From Pecten maximus (lineage: Eukaryota), in the NCBI RefSeq assembly GCF_902652985.1, contig NC_047016.1, positions 10,726,001 through 10,790,000 on the forward strand: DNA of 64,000 bases. The letters are read 5' to 3'. This document shows positions 13,418 through 26,400 of the stretch, in pieces. The notes beneath the pieces were generated by a model. The model was not told where the DNA came from. It ran no database searches and saw only the letters and a program-made list of their open reading frames with translations. Within the stretch, counting starts at the first letter, position 1; each line of letters begins with the position of its first letter. A program made the position numbers and the translations under genes.

Positions 13418-16400
13418 AGTCGTTGTTGTTTAATACACACTGAAATAAAATAATAGGTAGGACAGAGATAGCTAGGTATTCAACTATTTATATACAAGCT
13501 TCGGGCAGATATCTTGACTGACATACCTACGTATGTATACACTATGATAGGAAAAGGTTGCAGGGAGTTCGACACAGAATTTTACAATAATAAACGTGCG
13601 TTTAAATAAAGATATATGAAAACAATACACTCTGAAGTGTTCATATCCGAATATATTATATATCATTAATGTAAATGTACTGTAAATGCGGAAATAATTT
13701 TGATTACAGTTATATATTTACAATTCACGAAATACCTTTAATCAAAAGGAAACAACTCGAATATGTTTATCAAGGATTTGTTGTAGTTATGCCAGTGTAA
13801 AGGCAGTTCCAATTTAATTTTATATTCCTGTGCCATGAATCACAGGCACTGGTTTCTAGTGTCCTCTGCTAGGGATGTTGGCTGGTATGATGGACAGTGC
13901 ATATGAGCACACGGCAGGCAGTGTCTGAAGTATGTCATTTACAGGGTCGAGACTTCAAACCGTATGAACATTTTACGAATGATGTAAGTTGAAGCTTATG
14001 AAGAGAGATCTATTATATTCGAGTTAATCTGAACGTTAAATGACTTTGTGTTAATCAGACATGGTCATTTGGATTATATTGTGAAAAGCAATCAGGTTCT
14101 ACAGATGATGTTTTAGTGCTAATCCGGAGGAATGCACTGGACTTACAAGATCATGGGTTAGTAACTATAATACAATACTATTTGGCGACGTTTCATATTT
14201 GTAATAATTAAAATTAGACCAATTTAGCTTTCTTTCCAGTATGTTATTTCACTGACAATACATGTGTAATACAATCCAATACCGGATATATAATATAAAT
14301 TAACAAATATATACCCCAATAAATGATTATAGTAGCATTTATACCTACACCTCTACCGCCAAGCATCCTCGATACTAAAGGGGTTCGTTTACTTTCGCTC
14401 CCTGCATTTTTATAAAATCGAAAGCTCAATTTAAAAAAAGTTGTTTTTTTTTCATTCAAGAAGGCATTGTGGATGATATGATTCAGCAATCTGTGTTATT
14501 GTCCAGTCTGACATGTTAACATAGTGGACATTACTCCTAGGGTTCTATCAGAAGCTTCACACTCTAAGATGTTGTCATGTACCATGTAATAATATATGGT
14601 TAGAATTCGTTTTTGGTATGGAGAAGACCTACCTTATTTTGGGTGATATTTCATCATTTTAAATCTCGGTGTGCTATTTTTTAAATGTGTTCTCGAAGAT
14701 GGCCTTGTCATCGTCTGATGTAAGATTAGTTGATTTATCATCAACGAACAGTTTCACGCTCAATTTTCCGGAATGAACAAGCCCCATAGAACTCCGAATA
14801 CCACATCAGTTGGTCGTCCCTGATGATAATGATCTAGCATCTGAACAAGAAGGGTCATTAGCTCACTTTATCGACAGCCTCACTGAAATACATTATTTGG
14901 CAATCGGTTTGTTGTCCTATGCTGATTATCATGATGGCATTAATGAATTATAATTATTATATATTGCAGGACAGTCCATTGTGAAGATGGTCTTGTGACG
15001 TAGAAAATGCTCAGTTATCTGTATATGACATAATATAACTCATGGCCACATGTTCTGACAGGTTATCATATCACGTTTTATCATGTTTTCGAGACAGGTT
15101 AGTAATAAACTGCGTCAATTTTCCCCCTTTCAATTTCAACAGGGAATATCTCAGGTTGAGACGGAGGAAAGCGAAAATGTGACAAAGTGATCGGAAACCG
15201 GAATAACCGTACACAATACATTTTCATGACTGAGCAGGATATCGTACCCTGGACATTTTGATGCCTATTACTGCGCCAGAAGATTTTCGATATCGGTTAA
15301 TGAAGTAATTGATATACATATACCAGTTATCACAAGTTTATCTTACTGATATGGAGGACAACACATCCTATTATGTAACTTTGTAGATATGTACATCATT
15401 ATCAATTACAGTAGCGACAACAATCACTCAAATCAGACGGTGGAGCTGTGATAGCGCCCAAAGTTCATATGCAAGTGTTGTCGGCCATTTTAAACGGAAT
15501 ATATTAAGTATTACGGACGTTATCTATCTAAATCAATGATACCGATTACAACGACTGGTGTCAGTTATCCTTGAGATTGTAAGACGCACAACCAAGTGAA
15601 AAGCACCTTTAAATCCAAATTTAATTATACGTATATGTCAAATAAACACTTGGGTTAAAATACAGAAGGGGAGGTAAGCCCATAAGTTATGTATGCGTTT
15701 TGTAGATATTGCATAATGTTTTACATGAAATACGTATGTATATTTCAGACTGGCGTCAATATTTATAAGGATTTCGATATGGCACGCAGGGTTACGGCAA
15801 TCTTTGTGTACTAAAATTCCCTTAGCAGAGCGCTCTCGCACAATAACACAAAATATACACTGGGCAGATTGAAGACCATGGACAGGTTTTGTGGTGGGCA
15901 TCATGATCTCATCTAAAGGAATTATACATTGTTGTGGGATATGAACCGTGACGTGTTCGGTATTCGTAGATACGCCTGTAATTCCATTGTCATAATCACT
16001 GTTCTAATTATGAGACCGTGAAATTTGATTGGTAGGTAAAAGACGCTAACCCGTCTAGAACAATAAGTCTTATTGTACCTTTTCAACTTTCAAGCTACAA
16101 GGTGCAGTTTGATAGTCATTGTTCGGCATTAAAGTCATATGTTGTACGGTACTTTGGAATTGCTACGTGGTTAGCTTTATTGGTTGCCTTCAAACCTCTC
16201 CGAGGTATGCTGTTACCCCGCATGTCATGTACAATTTCTTATGAAGGGTGGAACCGATTTATAACATTCATTCACATTTCAGGAATTATACAATATCCGA
16301 AACCAACAAGAGAAAAGGATCGCATCCGGGTTGATGTAGATAGTATTACAAGGAAGCCCAATTTGATGCAACCAACACGGAAACCGAACTATTTTTAGCT

Positions 16401-16736
16401 AAAAATTGAAATTGAGAAACCTTTAGATTGTATTGACAATCAGTGGAAGTGATAAGAGTTGATATGACCAACACGGAAACTGAACGCTCGACATAATAGA
16501 TCAGATGACCGTGTTCATGATTCATGAAATAACTCAAATATTTGAAAAATTTTGAATGCATAATAAAAAAAAAAATAAAAAAATAAATAAAAATGAAGCA
16601 CTATGATGACAAGGAAAAAAGGAAAAACCATCAGCAAATATGGAAAAATACGACATAGGATATATGACATTTTTAGAAAAAACAAAAGAATGAACGCTTA
16701 CAAGAAATATATTTTTGTGACACACTCCTTAGTGTA

Positions 16737-16871
16737 NNNNNNNNNNNNNNNNNNNNNNNNNNNNNNNNNNNNNNNNNNNNNNNNNNNNNNNNNNNNNNNN
16801 NNNNNNNNNNNNNNNNNNNNNNNNNNNNNNNNNNNNNNNNNNNNNNNNNNNNNNNNNNNNNNNNNNNNNNN
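16737..16871. other. Assembly gap (N run)
   Basis: Run of N bases. Confidence 1.
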
Positions 16872-17273
16872 CCCACTTTTCATCTATCACCACTCAATCT
16901 ATCCAGTTTTTAGTGTTTTTTCTCTACTTCTCTCTCTTTTTCCTAATCTCTCCCTCCCTCTGTCTTGCACCCCTACTTTTTATCTCCCTCTCGCAATCTG
17001 AATTTATTTAGTTTCTTCATTCAGCCTTCGCTCAATTGGGAACGACTTTCCCGAACACAATATTAGATTCCAGGTAAGTTTCACACAAAACGTGTATTGA
17101 AGAGGCGTGGGCGTCATGTGGTTGGTTAGCACTGTAAATATTCACGTCCCTCCGATAGTTCAAAGGAGTATGACATCCTTCATTCACAAACTAGGTCCGA
17201 TGTAAAGTCATTCATGAAGGGAGTATAAAAATGAAGATTATTAAAAACATAAACACATTACATTGTACAACTA

Positions 17274-17279
17274 TTTATT
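17274..17279 (-). terminator. Candidate polyadenylation signal of the SMYD3-like gene
   Basis: AATAAA on the minus strand about 150 nt downstream of the stop codon at 17431. Confidence 0.45.
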
Positions 17280-17430
17280 ACAATAGCTTCCTTATCGAAG
17301 TTTTAAAAATATAATCTTCCAACAATTTCATTGCAAATATTTTTTGTAAATGAATTTTGAACCTTTATAAAAAATCATTTAAACATGTTTAATGTGATGC
17401 TATGGACGAAAACTGGGGCACGGACATGTT

Positions 17431-20400
17431 CTAGTCTTGTATTGAAATCTGCCTCCTGACTCTCATTTCCTCGGTGCACTGGTGTATGAGACCATCCAAA
17501 TCTTCATACAGGGAGTGAGATCTGCCGTGTGTTATCGATAGAATTTTCTCTGCCTACAAGGAAAAATTTCGAAGGGTAAAGAACGTTAATAATTTTATTT
17601 TATTGCCTAGAATTCAAAATTTAATCCACTCATAAATCCATACCTTATAACATGTGATGTTTCATTGAAAGCAAAGCAAGCATAAATCTTTTTAAAATGA
17701 CGAACATGCTGATACTGCTGCATATCTAACTGATCAAGAACCTACGTAACATTCCACCTACGTACCTGTCGTATAGTTACCAAGTTCTGCTGACACCTAC
17801 GTACCTGCTGTAGTTATCAAGGCCTGATGACACCTACGTACCTGTCGTATAGTTACCAAGTGCTGCTGACACCTACGTACCTGTTGTAGAGGTATCAAGG
17901 CCTGCAGACACCAACGTACTTGTTGCAGTTACCAAGGCCTGCTGACACCTACGTACCTGTTGTAGAGTTATCAAGGTCTGCTGACACCTACGTACTTGTT
18001 GTAGAGTTATCAAGGTCTGCTGACACCTACGTACCTGTTATAGTTACCAAGGCCTGCTGACACCTACGTACCTGTTGTAGAGTTATCAAGGTCTGCTGAC
18101 ACCTACGTACTAGTTGTAGAGGTATCAAGGCCTGCTGACACCTACGTACCTGCTGTAGAGTTACCTAGGTCTGCTGACACCTACGTACTTGTTGTAGAGT
18201 TACCAAGGTCTGCTGACACCTACGTGCCTGTTGTAGAGTTATCAAGGTCTGCTGACACATGCGTACCTGTTGTAGAGTTATCAAGGTCTGCTGACACCTA
18301 CGTGCCTGTTGTAGAGTTATCAAGGTCTGCTGACATATGCGTACCTGTTGTAGAGTTATCAAGGTCTGCTGATACCTACGTGCCTGTTGTAGAGTTATCA
18401 AGGTCTGCTGACACATGCGTACCTGTTGTAGAGTTATCAAGGTCTGCTGACACCTACGTACTTGTTGTAGAGTTATCAAGGTCTGCTGACACCTACGTAC
18501 CTGTTGTAGAGTTATCAAGGTATGCTGACACATGCGTACCTGTTGTAGAGTTATCAAGGTATGCTGACACATGCGTACCTGTTGTAGAGTTATCAAGGTA
18601 TGCTGACACCTACGTACCTGTTGTAGAATTACCAAGGTCTGCTGACAGCTACGTACCTGCTGTAGAGTTATCAAGGCCTACTGACACATGCGTACCTGTT
18701 GTAGCGTTATCAAGGTCTGCTGACACCTACGTACCTGTTGTAGAGTTATCAAGGTCTGCTGACACATGCGTACCTGTTGTAGAGTTATCAAGGTCTGCTG
18801 ACACATGCGTACCTGTTGTAGAGTTATCAAGGTCTGCTGACACCTACGTACCTGTTGTAGAGTTATCAAGGTATGCTGACACCTACGTACCTGTTGTAGA
18901 ATTACCAAGGTCTGCTGACACCTACGTACCTGTTGTAGAATTACCAAGGTCTGCTGACACCTACGTGCCTGTTGTAGAGTTATCAATGCCTGCTGACACA
19001 TGCGTACCTGTTGTAGCGTTATCAAGGTCTGCTGACACCTACGTACCTGTTGTAGAGTTACCAAGGTCTGCTGATACATGCGTACCTGTTGTAGAGTTAT
19101 CAAGGTCTGCTGACACATGCGTACCTGTTGTAGAGTTATCAAGGTCTGCTGACACCTACGTACCTGTTGTAGAGTTATCAAGGTCTGCTGACACATGCGT
19201 ACCTGTTGTAGAGTTATCAAGGCCTACTGACACCTACGTACCTGTTGTAGAGTTATCAAGGTCTGCTGACACATGTGTACCTGTTGTAGAGTTATCAAGG
19301 TATGCTGACACATGCGTACCTGTTGTAGAGTTATCAAGGTATGCTGACACCTACGTACCTGTTGTAGAATTACGAAGGTCTGCTGACAGCTACGTACCTG
19401 CTGTAGAGTTATCAAGGCCTACTGACACATGCGTACCTGTTGTAGCGTTATCAAGGTCTGCTGACACCTACGTACCTGTTGTAGAGTTATCAAGGTCTGC
19501 TGACACATGCGTACCTGTTGTAGAGTTATCAAGGTCTGCTGACACATGCGTACCTGTTGTAGAGTTATCAAGGTCTGCTGACACCTACGTACCTGTTGTA
19601 GAGTTATCAAGGTATGCTGACACCTACGTACCTGTTGTAGAATTACCAAGGTCTGCTGACACCTACGTACCTGTTGTAGAATTACCAAGGTCTGCTGACA
19701 CCTACGTGCCTGTTGTAGAGTTATCAATGCCTGCTGACACATGCGTACCTGTTGTAGCGTTATCAAGGTCTGCTGACACCTACGTACCTGTTGTAGAGTT
19801 ACCAAGGTCTGCTGATACATGCGTACCTGTTGTAGAGTTATCAAGGTCTGCTGACACATGCGTACCTGTTGTAGAGTTATCAAGGTCTGCTGACACCTAC
19901 GTACCTGTTGTAGAGTTATCAAGGTCTGCTGACACATGCGTACCTGTTGTAGAGTTATCAAGGCCTACTGACACCTACGTACCTGTTGTAGAGTTATCAA
20001 GGTCTGCTGACACATGTGTACCTGTTGTAGAGTTATCAAGGCCTACTTACACCTACCTACCTGTTGTAGAGTTATCAAGGTCTGCTGACACATGCGTACC
20101 TGTTGTAGAGTTATCAAGGTCTGCTGACACCTACCTACCTGTTGTAGAGTTATCAAGGCCTGCTGACACCTACCTACCTGTTGTCGAGTTATCAAGGTCT
20201 GCTGACACATGCGTACCTGTTGTAGCGTTATCAAGGCCTGCTGACACCTACCTACCTGTTGTCGAGTTATCAAGGTCTGCTGACACATGCGTACCTGTTG
20301 TAGAGTTATCAAGGTCTGCTGACACATGCGTACCTGTTGTAGCGTTATCAAGGCCTACTTACACCTACCTACCTGTTGTAGCGTTATCAAGGCCTGCTGA

Positions 20401-23400
20401 CACTGCTCCAGGTATAACTGAATCTTCCCAACCTTCATGAGCTCAATTCCAACATGGGGACTGTTTGGAGGGTAAAATCTTCTGTGGGTAAAATACATTG
20501 TAAATAAAAATAAGTACATGTATAACAAAATTTTTTTTTAAAACAACTTATTATTTCCTCTTCAAGTCTCGCGTCACTTGTACTGCATAGTAATACCATA
20601 ATGAGCACATATTAAAGTAAATAATAATCATAATAATTCGAATTGTATAGGCATTCTTTAAAATATAATGATTTGCATGACATCCATGCAAAAATCCATG
20701 TTCATTTACCTGTAAGATTCCTGAACACGTGAGCCATACAGTAGGGCAGCCTCCCACTGACCACAATCAATCCCAGCATCAAAGGCCTTGACCAGTAAAT
20801 GGATACAGTGGATATTATGGTCCGTGAAAAACTGCTTCTGTTCTTCTTCACATTGTTTGCATAACTGAAGAACCTTTACAGGATCTTGGGGAAATCAACA
20901 AAAGCGCATATAATATTATTAATGAAATGGTAATCTAAAATATGCTCCGAAATTGATTCAAATTATTATTATAATGAGAGGTTATCCTGACCGGACATAC
21001 CGAAGGTGGAAAATCTTATCTGTGAACTAATATGATTGATATTTTGTATGAAATGATATTTACCATTCTTACTACTTTCCTTGATGTTCCTCAAACATTC
21101 CAGACAAGCTGCATCGAATAGCTCTACGTCTTCTTTCCTGATGGTGTTGCCCTGATAACTGCAATCTTTACACTTTCCGAATTCATCTGTGATAAAATTA
21201 AACAGGTCTAATGAAAATGTGACATTTAGCCACCATTAAGGTATGACTAGTTGCAAGTATATGTATCTGTGGTAACGTCTCACTTTTGTCTCCATGCAAT
21301 GGCGCAGGATTTCATGTATAACTACTAAATAAAATACATATCTTTATACATCTTATTGTGATTTGATACACCGTACACAACATATAGGTGACTTGTAACA
21401 AATTAATAACTAACTTTTGCAGTTATAAGTATGGATGCACTTCACTGTATTTCAAAGTGAATATTATAATGTATCTTTGCCTTGCCTTCAAAATAAAATC
21501 AACACCGAAACAATCATTTAAAAACTCACGCAACCGAAACAATCGTTTAAAAAAAAAACACGCAGCCGAAACAATCATTTAAAAACGCACGCAGATAATA
21601 AACGGTGCACACTGACTGTATGGGAAACAATGATTGAAGAAACATGTTTTTTTTCAGACAAGACATAATTTATACATTACAATCATTGTCCTCTCGCAGG
21701 AGGGCTTTCTCGCGTCATTCATCTCTCTCCACATTCATTATACTTTCATGCATCGTTAAGTTGAACACAAATACATACATGTAGACAGTAAATGAATAGA
21801 TAACTATATAGAAATAAATTTAATTAATCACATAAATAAATAAATATATATATATACATTAATATAAAGTTAACAATATTTCAATGAAAACATGTTTACC
21901 TTCCTGTCTGCGATGATAACCCTGGCAGCTATCCCTCTGACACCTCACACTTAACATCTCACCATCCTGTAAAAGAGGTTTATAACCAATCATATATTGA
22001 AATACTTTTAATAATATAACATAGCTCTGCATTTTTTACATATCATTTCACTCGTACTTCTATAAACTAAATATTACTTTATTAAATAGACGAACTGTTT
22101 TATAGATATTGTGTGATGCTGATACATTGTATATACTATGTAAAGGACCTTGTTGATGGAAGCGGAATGTTTTGACATATCAACAATTCATGCAAAAATA
22201 TCAAGTTCACAATAATTCCATGAACATTAATAGTCAATAGCCATTCCAAGAGGCTGGTAGAGATTTGTCAATGACCACTGACAAAATATTGAAAATATTG
22301 TACACAACTTAAATCAAGCCAAAAGTATTGAAGAAATATCAAGATATTTTTTTTATTAAAAGCTTCTTTCTAAGCTCGCAAAATGGCCGGTTAAATTCAT
22401 GAGAATTGACATAGCTTGTAAGATACATCTTTATGCAAAAAGATGGGAGAACAAAAAAAATCTCCAGTATAGCATCACCCATAGTATTTTTACTAAAGCA
22501 ATGCTTTTGAAAATGAAAGAACACTGGGAGTGCAGTTTTTGTAGTGGAGCACCAGAAACAATATGCCATCTCCTTTGGAATTGTCCACATAGTCAATCAT
22601 TATGGACAAGTCTTATTAACTCTCTTTATCAATGTTATAGTATATGGCTAGGAAGAAAACCTGACTCTTTCCTACTTCAAACTTGGTGTCACAGATAACA
22701 AACTACCAATGGTTCTTAACTATAAATTATTTTGATTAAGAAATACATATCTCTACAAAGACAATACAAACACATTCGAAATTGGGAAACTTGTAAAACC
22801 TTTATTAAGAAATATAGAAGTTTAGATCTATATTCGGTCTACAATCTTCCAACCAATATGGATCGAAAGACCCGACAAAAGTGGGAAAGTGCCCGATCTA
22901 TTCTCGTCTAAACACAATAATTTCAATAATTCATAGAATTTTTTGTTGAAACTACATGCAGCATTATGTAAATGAAATGCTGCAATGAATGATGTAATGG
23001 AAAATGAAAAAAAAACAACAAAAAAAAAAAACCAAAAAAAACCCCAACAAACTTTATCACTAATACGGAAAATTGAATACATTTTAGTTACAAGTGTACG
23101 TATTCATTTTGAAACATTTACAAATTACGTATAACACCAAATATGTTATTGTTTAATCTGAACAGACACTTTTAATAAAATTGTATAATGACGCTATTTA
23201 AAAAATCTGATTTTGCAAATGAAAAGGCCTTCAATATTTCATAACGGGACAATTCTATAGATGTTTTTGGTGTTTAAACAGGTATATTACGATATATGTC
23301 CCTGTATGCTACAAACATGTTTGTTATATAATAAATATGATAACATTGGGGTACAATTCCTGTATGATACACACTTGTTGTTGTAAACAATTATAACTGT

Positions 23401-26400
23401 TATATCTTAGAAGTATAATATCTGTATGTTACACGCTGTTTGTTATAAAATAAATATGATAACATTGGGGTATAATTCCTGTATGATACACACTTGTTGT
23501 TGTAAACAATTATAACTGTTATATCTTAGAAGTATAATATCTGTATGTTACACGCTGTTTGTTATAAAAAGAGATATTCCACACATCTGATTCACACTGT
23601 TTGTAAATAATTATAGCTATAATATCCTAGAGCTATTCCACTTGTATGCTACACACTGTAAATAATTATAGCTATAATATCCTAGAGGTATTCCACTTGT
23701 ATGCTACATAATAATTATAGCTATAATATCCTAGAGGTATTCTACTTGTATGCTACACACTGTAAATAATTAAAGCTATAATATCCTAGAGGTATTCCAC
23801 TTGTATGCTACATAATAATTATAGCTATGATATCCTAGAGGTATTCCACTTGTATGCTACACACTGTAAATAATTAAAGCTATAATATCCTAGAGGTATT
23901 CCACTTGTATGCTACATAATAATTATAGCTATGATATCCTAGAGGTATTCCACTTGTATGCTACATAATAATTATAGCTATGATATCCTAGAGGTATTCC
24001 ACTTGTATGCTACATAATAATTATAGCTATGATATCCTAGAGGTATTCCACTTGTATGCAAAACACTGTTTGTTATAAATAATTATGCCTGTAATATCCT
24101 AGAGGTATATTGGACCTGACCAGCACATTCGTACTGATCAATAGGTACCAGCTGTTACGCAGACTAGGGGTTTGACTTATGATTAACGGTGACAGCTGTG
24201 TTTTCTATCTGTAAACAGTGTGAAGGTAATATCAGGGCACGATTGACAAGGTACAGTTCTCTGTATCAATTCTACTTCCACTGATAAATATATTACATCT
24301 ACAAACGTCTGCTCGGGAGACAGATATCAGTATTTATGATAAACACTTTGCCGTATCATCAGTGTCCTTATTTGTACACGTGTTTCAAAGTTATCCAATT
24401 AAATACACGATCACTGTTTGTGCTAATTGATTTGTACTATATAACATGCAATAGCCGCCATGTGTAATTCATATCCCTGTCGATAACGGCGTTGCTATTT
24501 GATCCCGTAGTTTCGTTAAGAAAAGTTCAGCAATCACCTATCTCTTTTAGTCACCTAATGTCTGCACTGGAAACTGGAGTTATTAAACTTTTATACCGAG
24601 CTAAAATGCACTCAATATTTTGTTCCTGGTGAAATCCTTCGAATTACCTCCATATTAATATGTTATAGAAGTGTGGATAATAATAATATGAAGAAGTAGT
24701 ATCTGATCTAGCATGTCTAACTTCAGCAGAATCTTCTGCTTTCTTGAAGTTTTTACTTACTAGTGCCTGATAATGCAATATTTCTAAAAATAATACTTTC
24801 TCTTTGGTACTTCATACTCTATACAAATATTGGTGTACACCAGTAGATACATAAAGAATAGGTAGTAATTGCTCTGTTCTATAAAAAACCTTTTCATTAG
24901 CTGAATTTGACCCACAAAACCACTGGATTTGCATATCCTAATTGCTCTGATATTTTGTAATTAACAACCATACTCATTCATAAAATAATGTGCATGTGAT
25001 GGTGAACAGCCGTCACTCTAACATCACATTGTAGATATAGTTATATACTAAAGCTCCAGCTGTCGGCCAGCACCCAGACTAACAACATATACTGATAGCA
25101 AGCTGTTTATACCTTAAAAGGCATCACTCCCCACAACTCTCCAAAACTCAGTCACACTAAGGGAGACGATAATACATGATCACAAAAAAATCTAAGTGAA
25201 TTAACACGAGCTCAAAATGATTATTTTTTCTGCTAAATGAATTACCTATATCTTTAGCTCCAATTGATAAAATGTTATAGGAACCAAAAAAGATATTACA
25301 TGTAACCCGTCCGTTTTTAAGGTTCTTCATAAAGACAAAATATACTAGTACAACCAAGGAAAATAAATACAAGTAATTAATCGTATAGTAGACATATCAA
25401 CAGGTCTAACGTGTTTTTTTCAGATGCTACATTGTATTACAACCCATTGTAACCATTGACATCTGACCTTTTTACGCATTCCACATTGGGTATAAGGTTA
25501 AAGTATAAGGCTAAAGTGATTTTAACCTCCATTTCCGTGAACAATGTTTCAAGTTTCCCAAAATATACACTTAACATCTTTAACAAGCACACCAGTTTTA
25601 AGGTTACGGAGCGTTAACAGGAACATATAAACTTTGAAACAAATTATCTCCCGTGCATAATCAATATTTGGTGATCACATGTTGATAGAGACCATCTGTT
25701 GATTGAGGGTCTGAACAGGTCCAGAATACATATCAGTCACGGGCTGCACGTATTGATTTACCAATACATGAAATTCATTATTTATGTTAAAGGTCATTAT
25801 CAAAATAAAAAGCCATTAACTAATTAATTAATTAAATAACTATAAGATAGTATGATATGCGCAATGCCCACTCACTGATCAATATACAAATTATTGTATT
25901 TTAGAGAGGATATAGGAATTTCCCTCGGGGCCTCCAAATACAGGTATACCAGCAGTCTAAGATGTAGAGGTAAACCTAACTGTTTTGTTATATGTGTGTT
26001 GTTTTCCCAAACTTAATAAAGGCAGATTGAAAAATGAACTGAACTTTGTCGTCTTTCAATTGAGGTCTATCAATCTCTGCATGGAGTACTCTTGTAATAT
26101 CAATAAAAAGTTCAGCATGTTCCAGGAAACTTATTTAGAACTGACTTATATTGACATAGATAAGCATATACATTTATAAGTGACAAATAGTTAACTACCA
26201 AGATAATCCTCAAATAGTGAAACTTGTTATGACTTAATTAATCCTTTAATCTCAAAACTGTATGAAATTATGCATATAAAATACATAATGTAATATCATA
26301 ATCTAATGTTTAATACTTGAAATTGTATACATTTACCCATGTTCAAAACGTATGTAAACGCCTACCTGGCCTATTCTCTGTAATTATGTTCTACACTAAA

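Noticed and set aside
14810-14860. Possible hammerhead (CCCTGATGA...GAAC...GGG)
   Set aside because: Stem II and the GAAA core are too degenerate to support the call.
16603-17001. ORFs spanning X residues
   Set aside because: They are artefacts of the assembly gap.
17741-20402. CRISPR-like array (also considered for 30398-31350)
   Set aside because: The units are contiguous with no unique spacers, the context is eukaryotic, and there are no cas genes.
18224-20440. 738-aa plus-strand repetitive ORF (ADTYVPVVELSRS)n
   Set aside because: It is the antisense reading of the 39-bp array, open only because the unit is a multiple of 3 and lacks stops. It has a non-ATG start, no unique domain, and overlaps SMYD3 exon 12 antisense.
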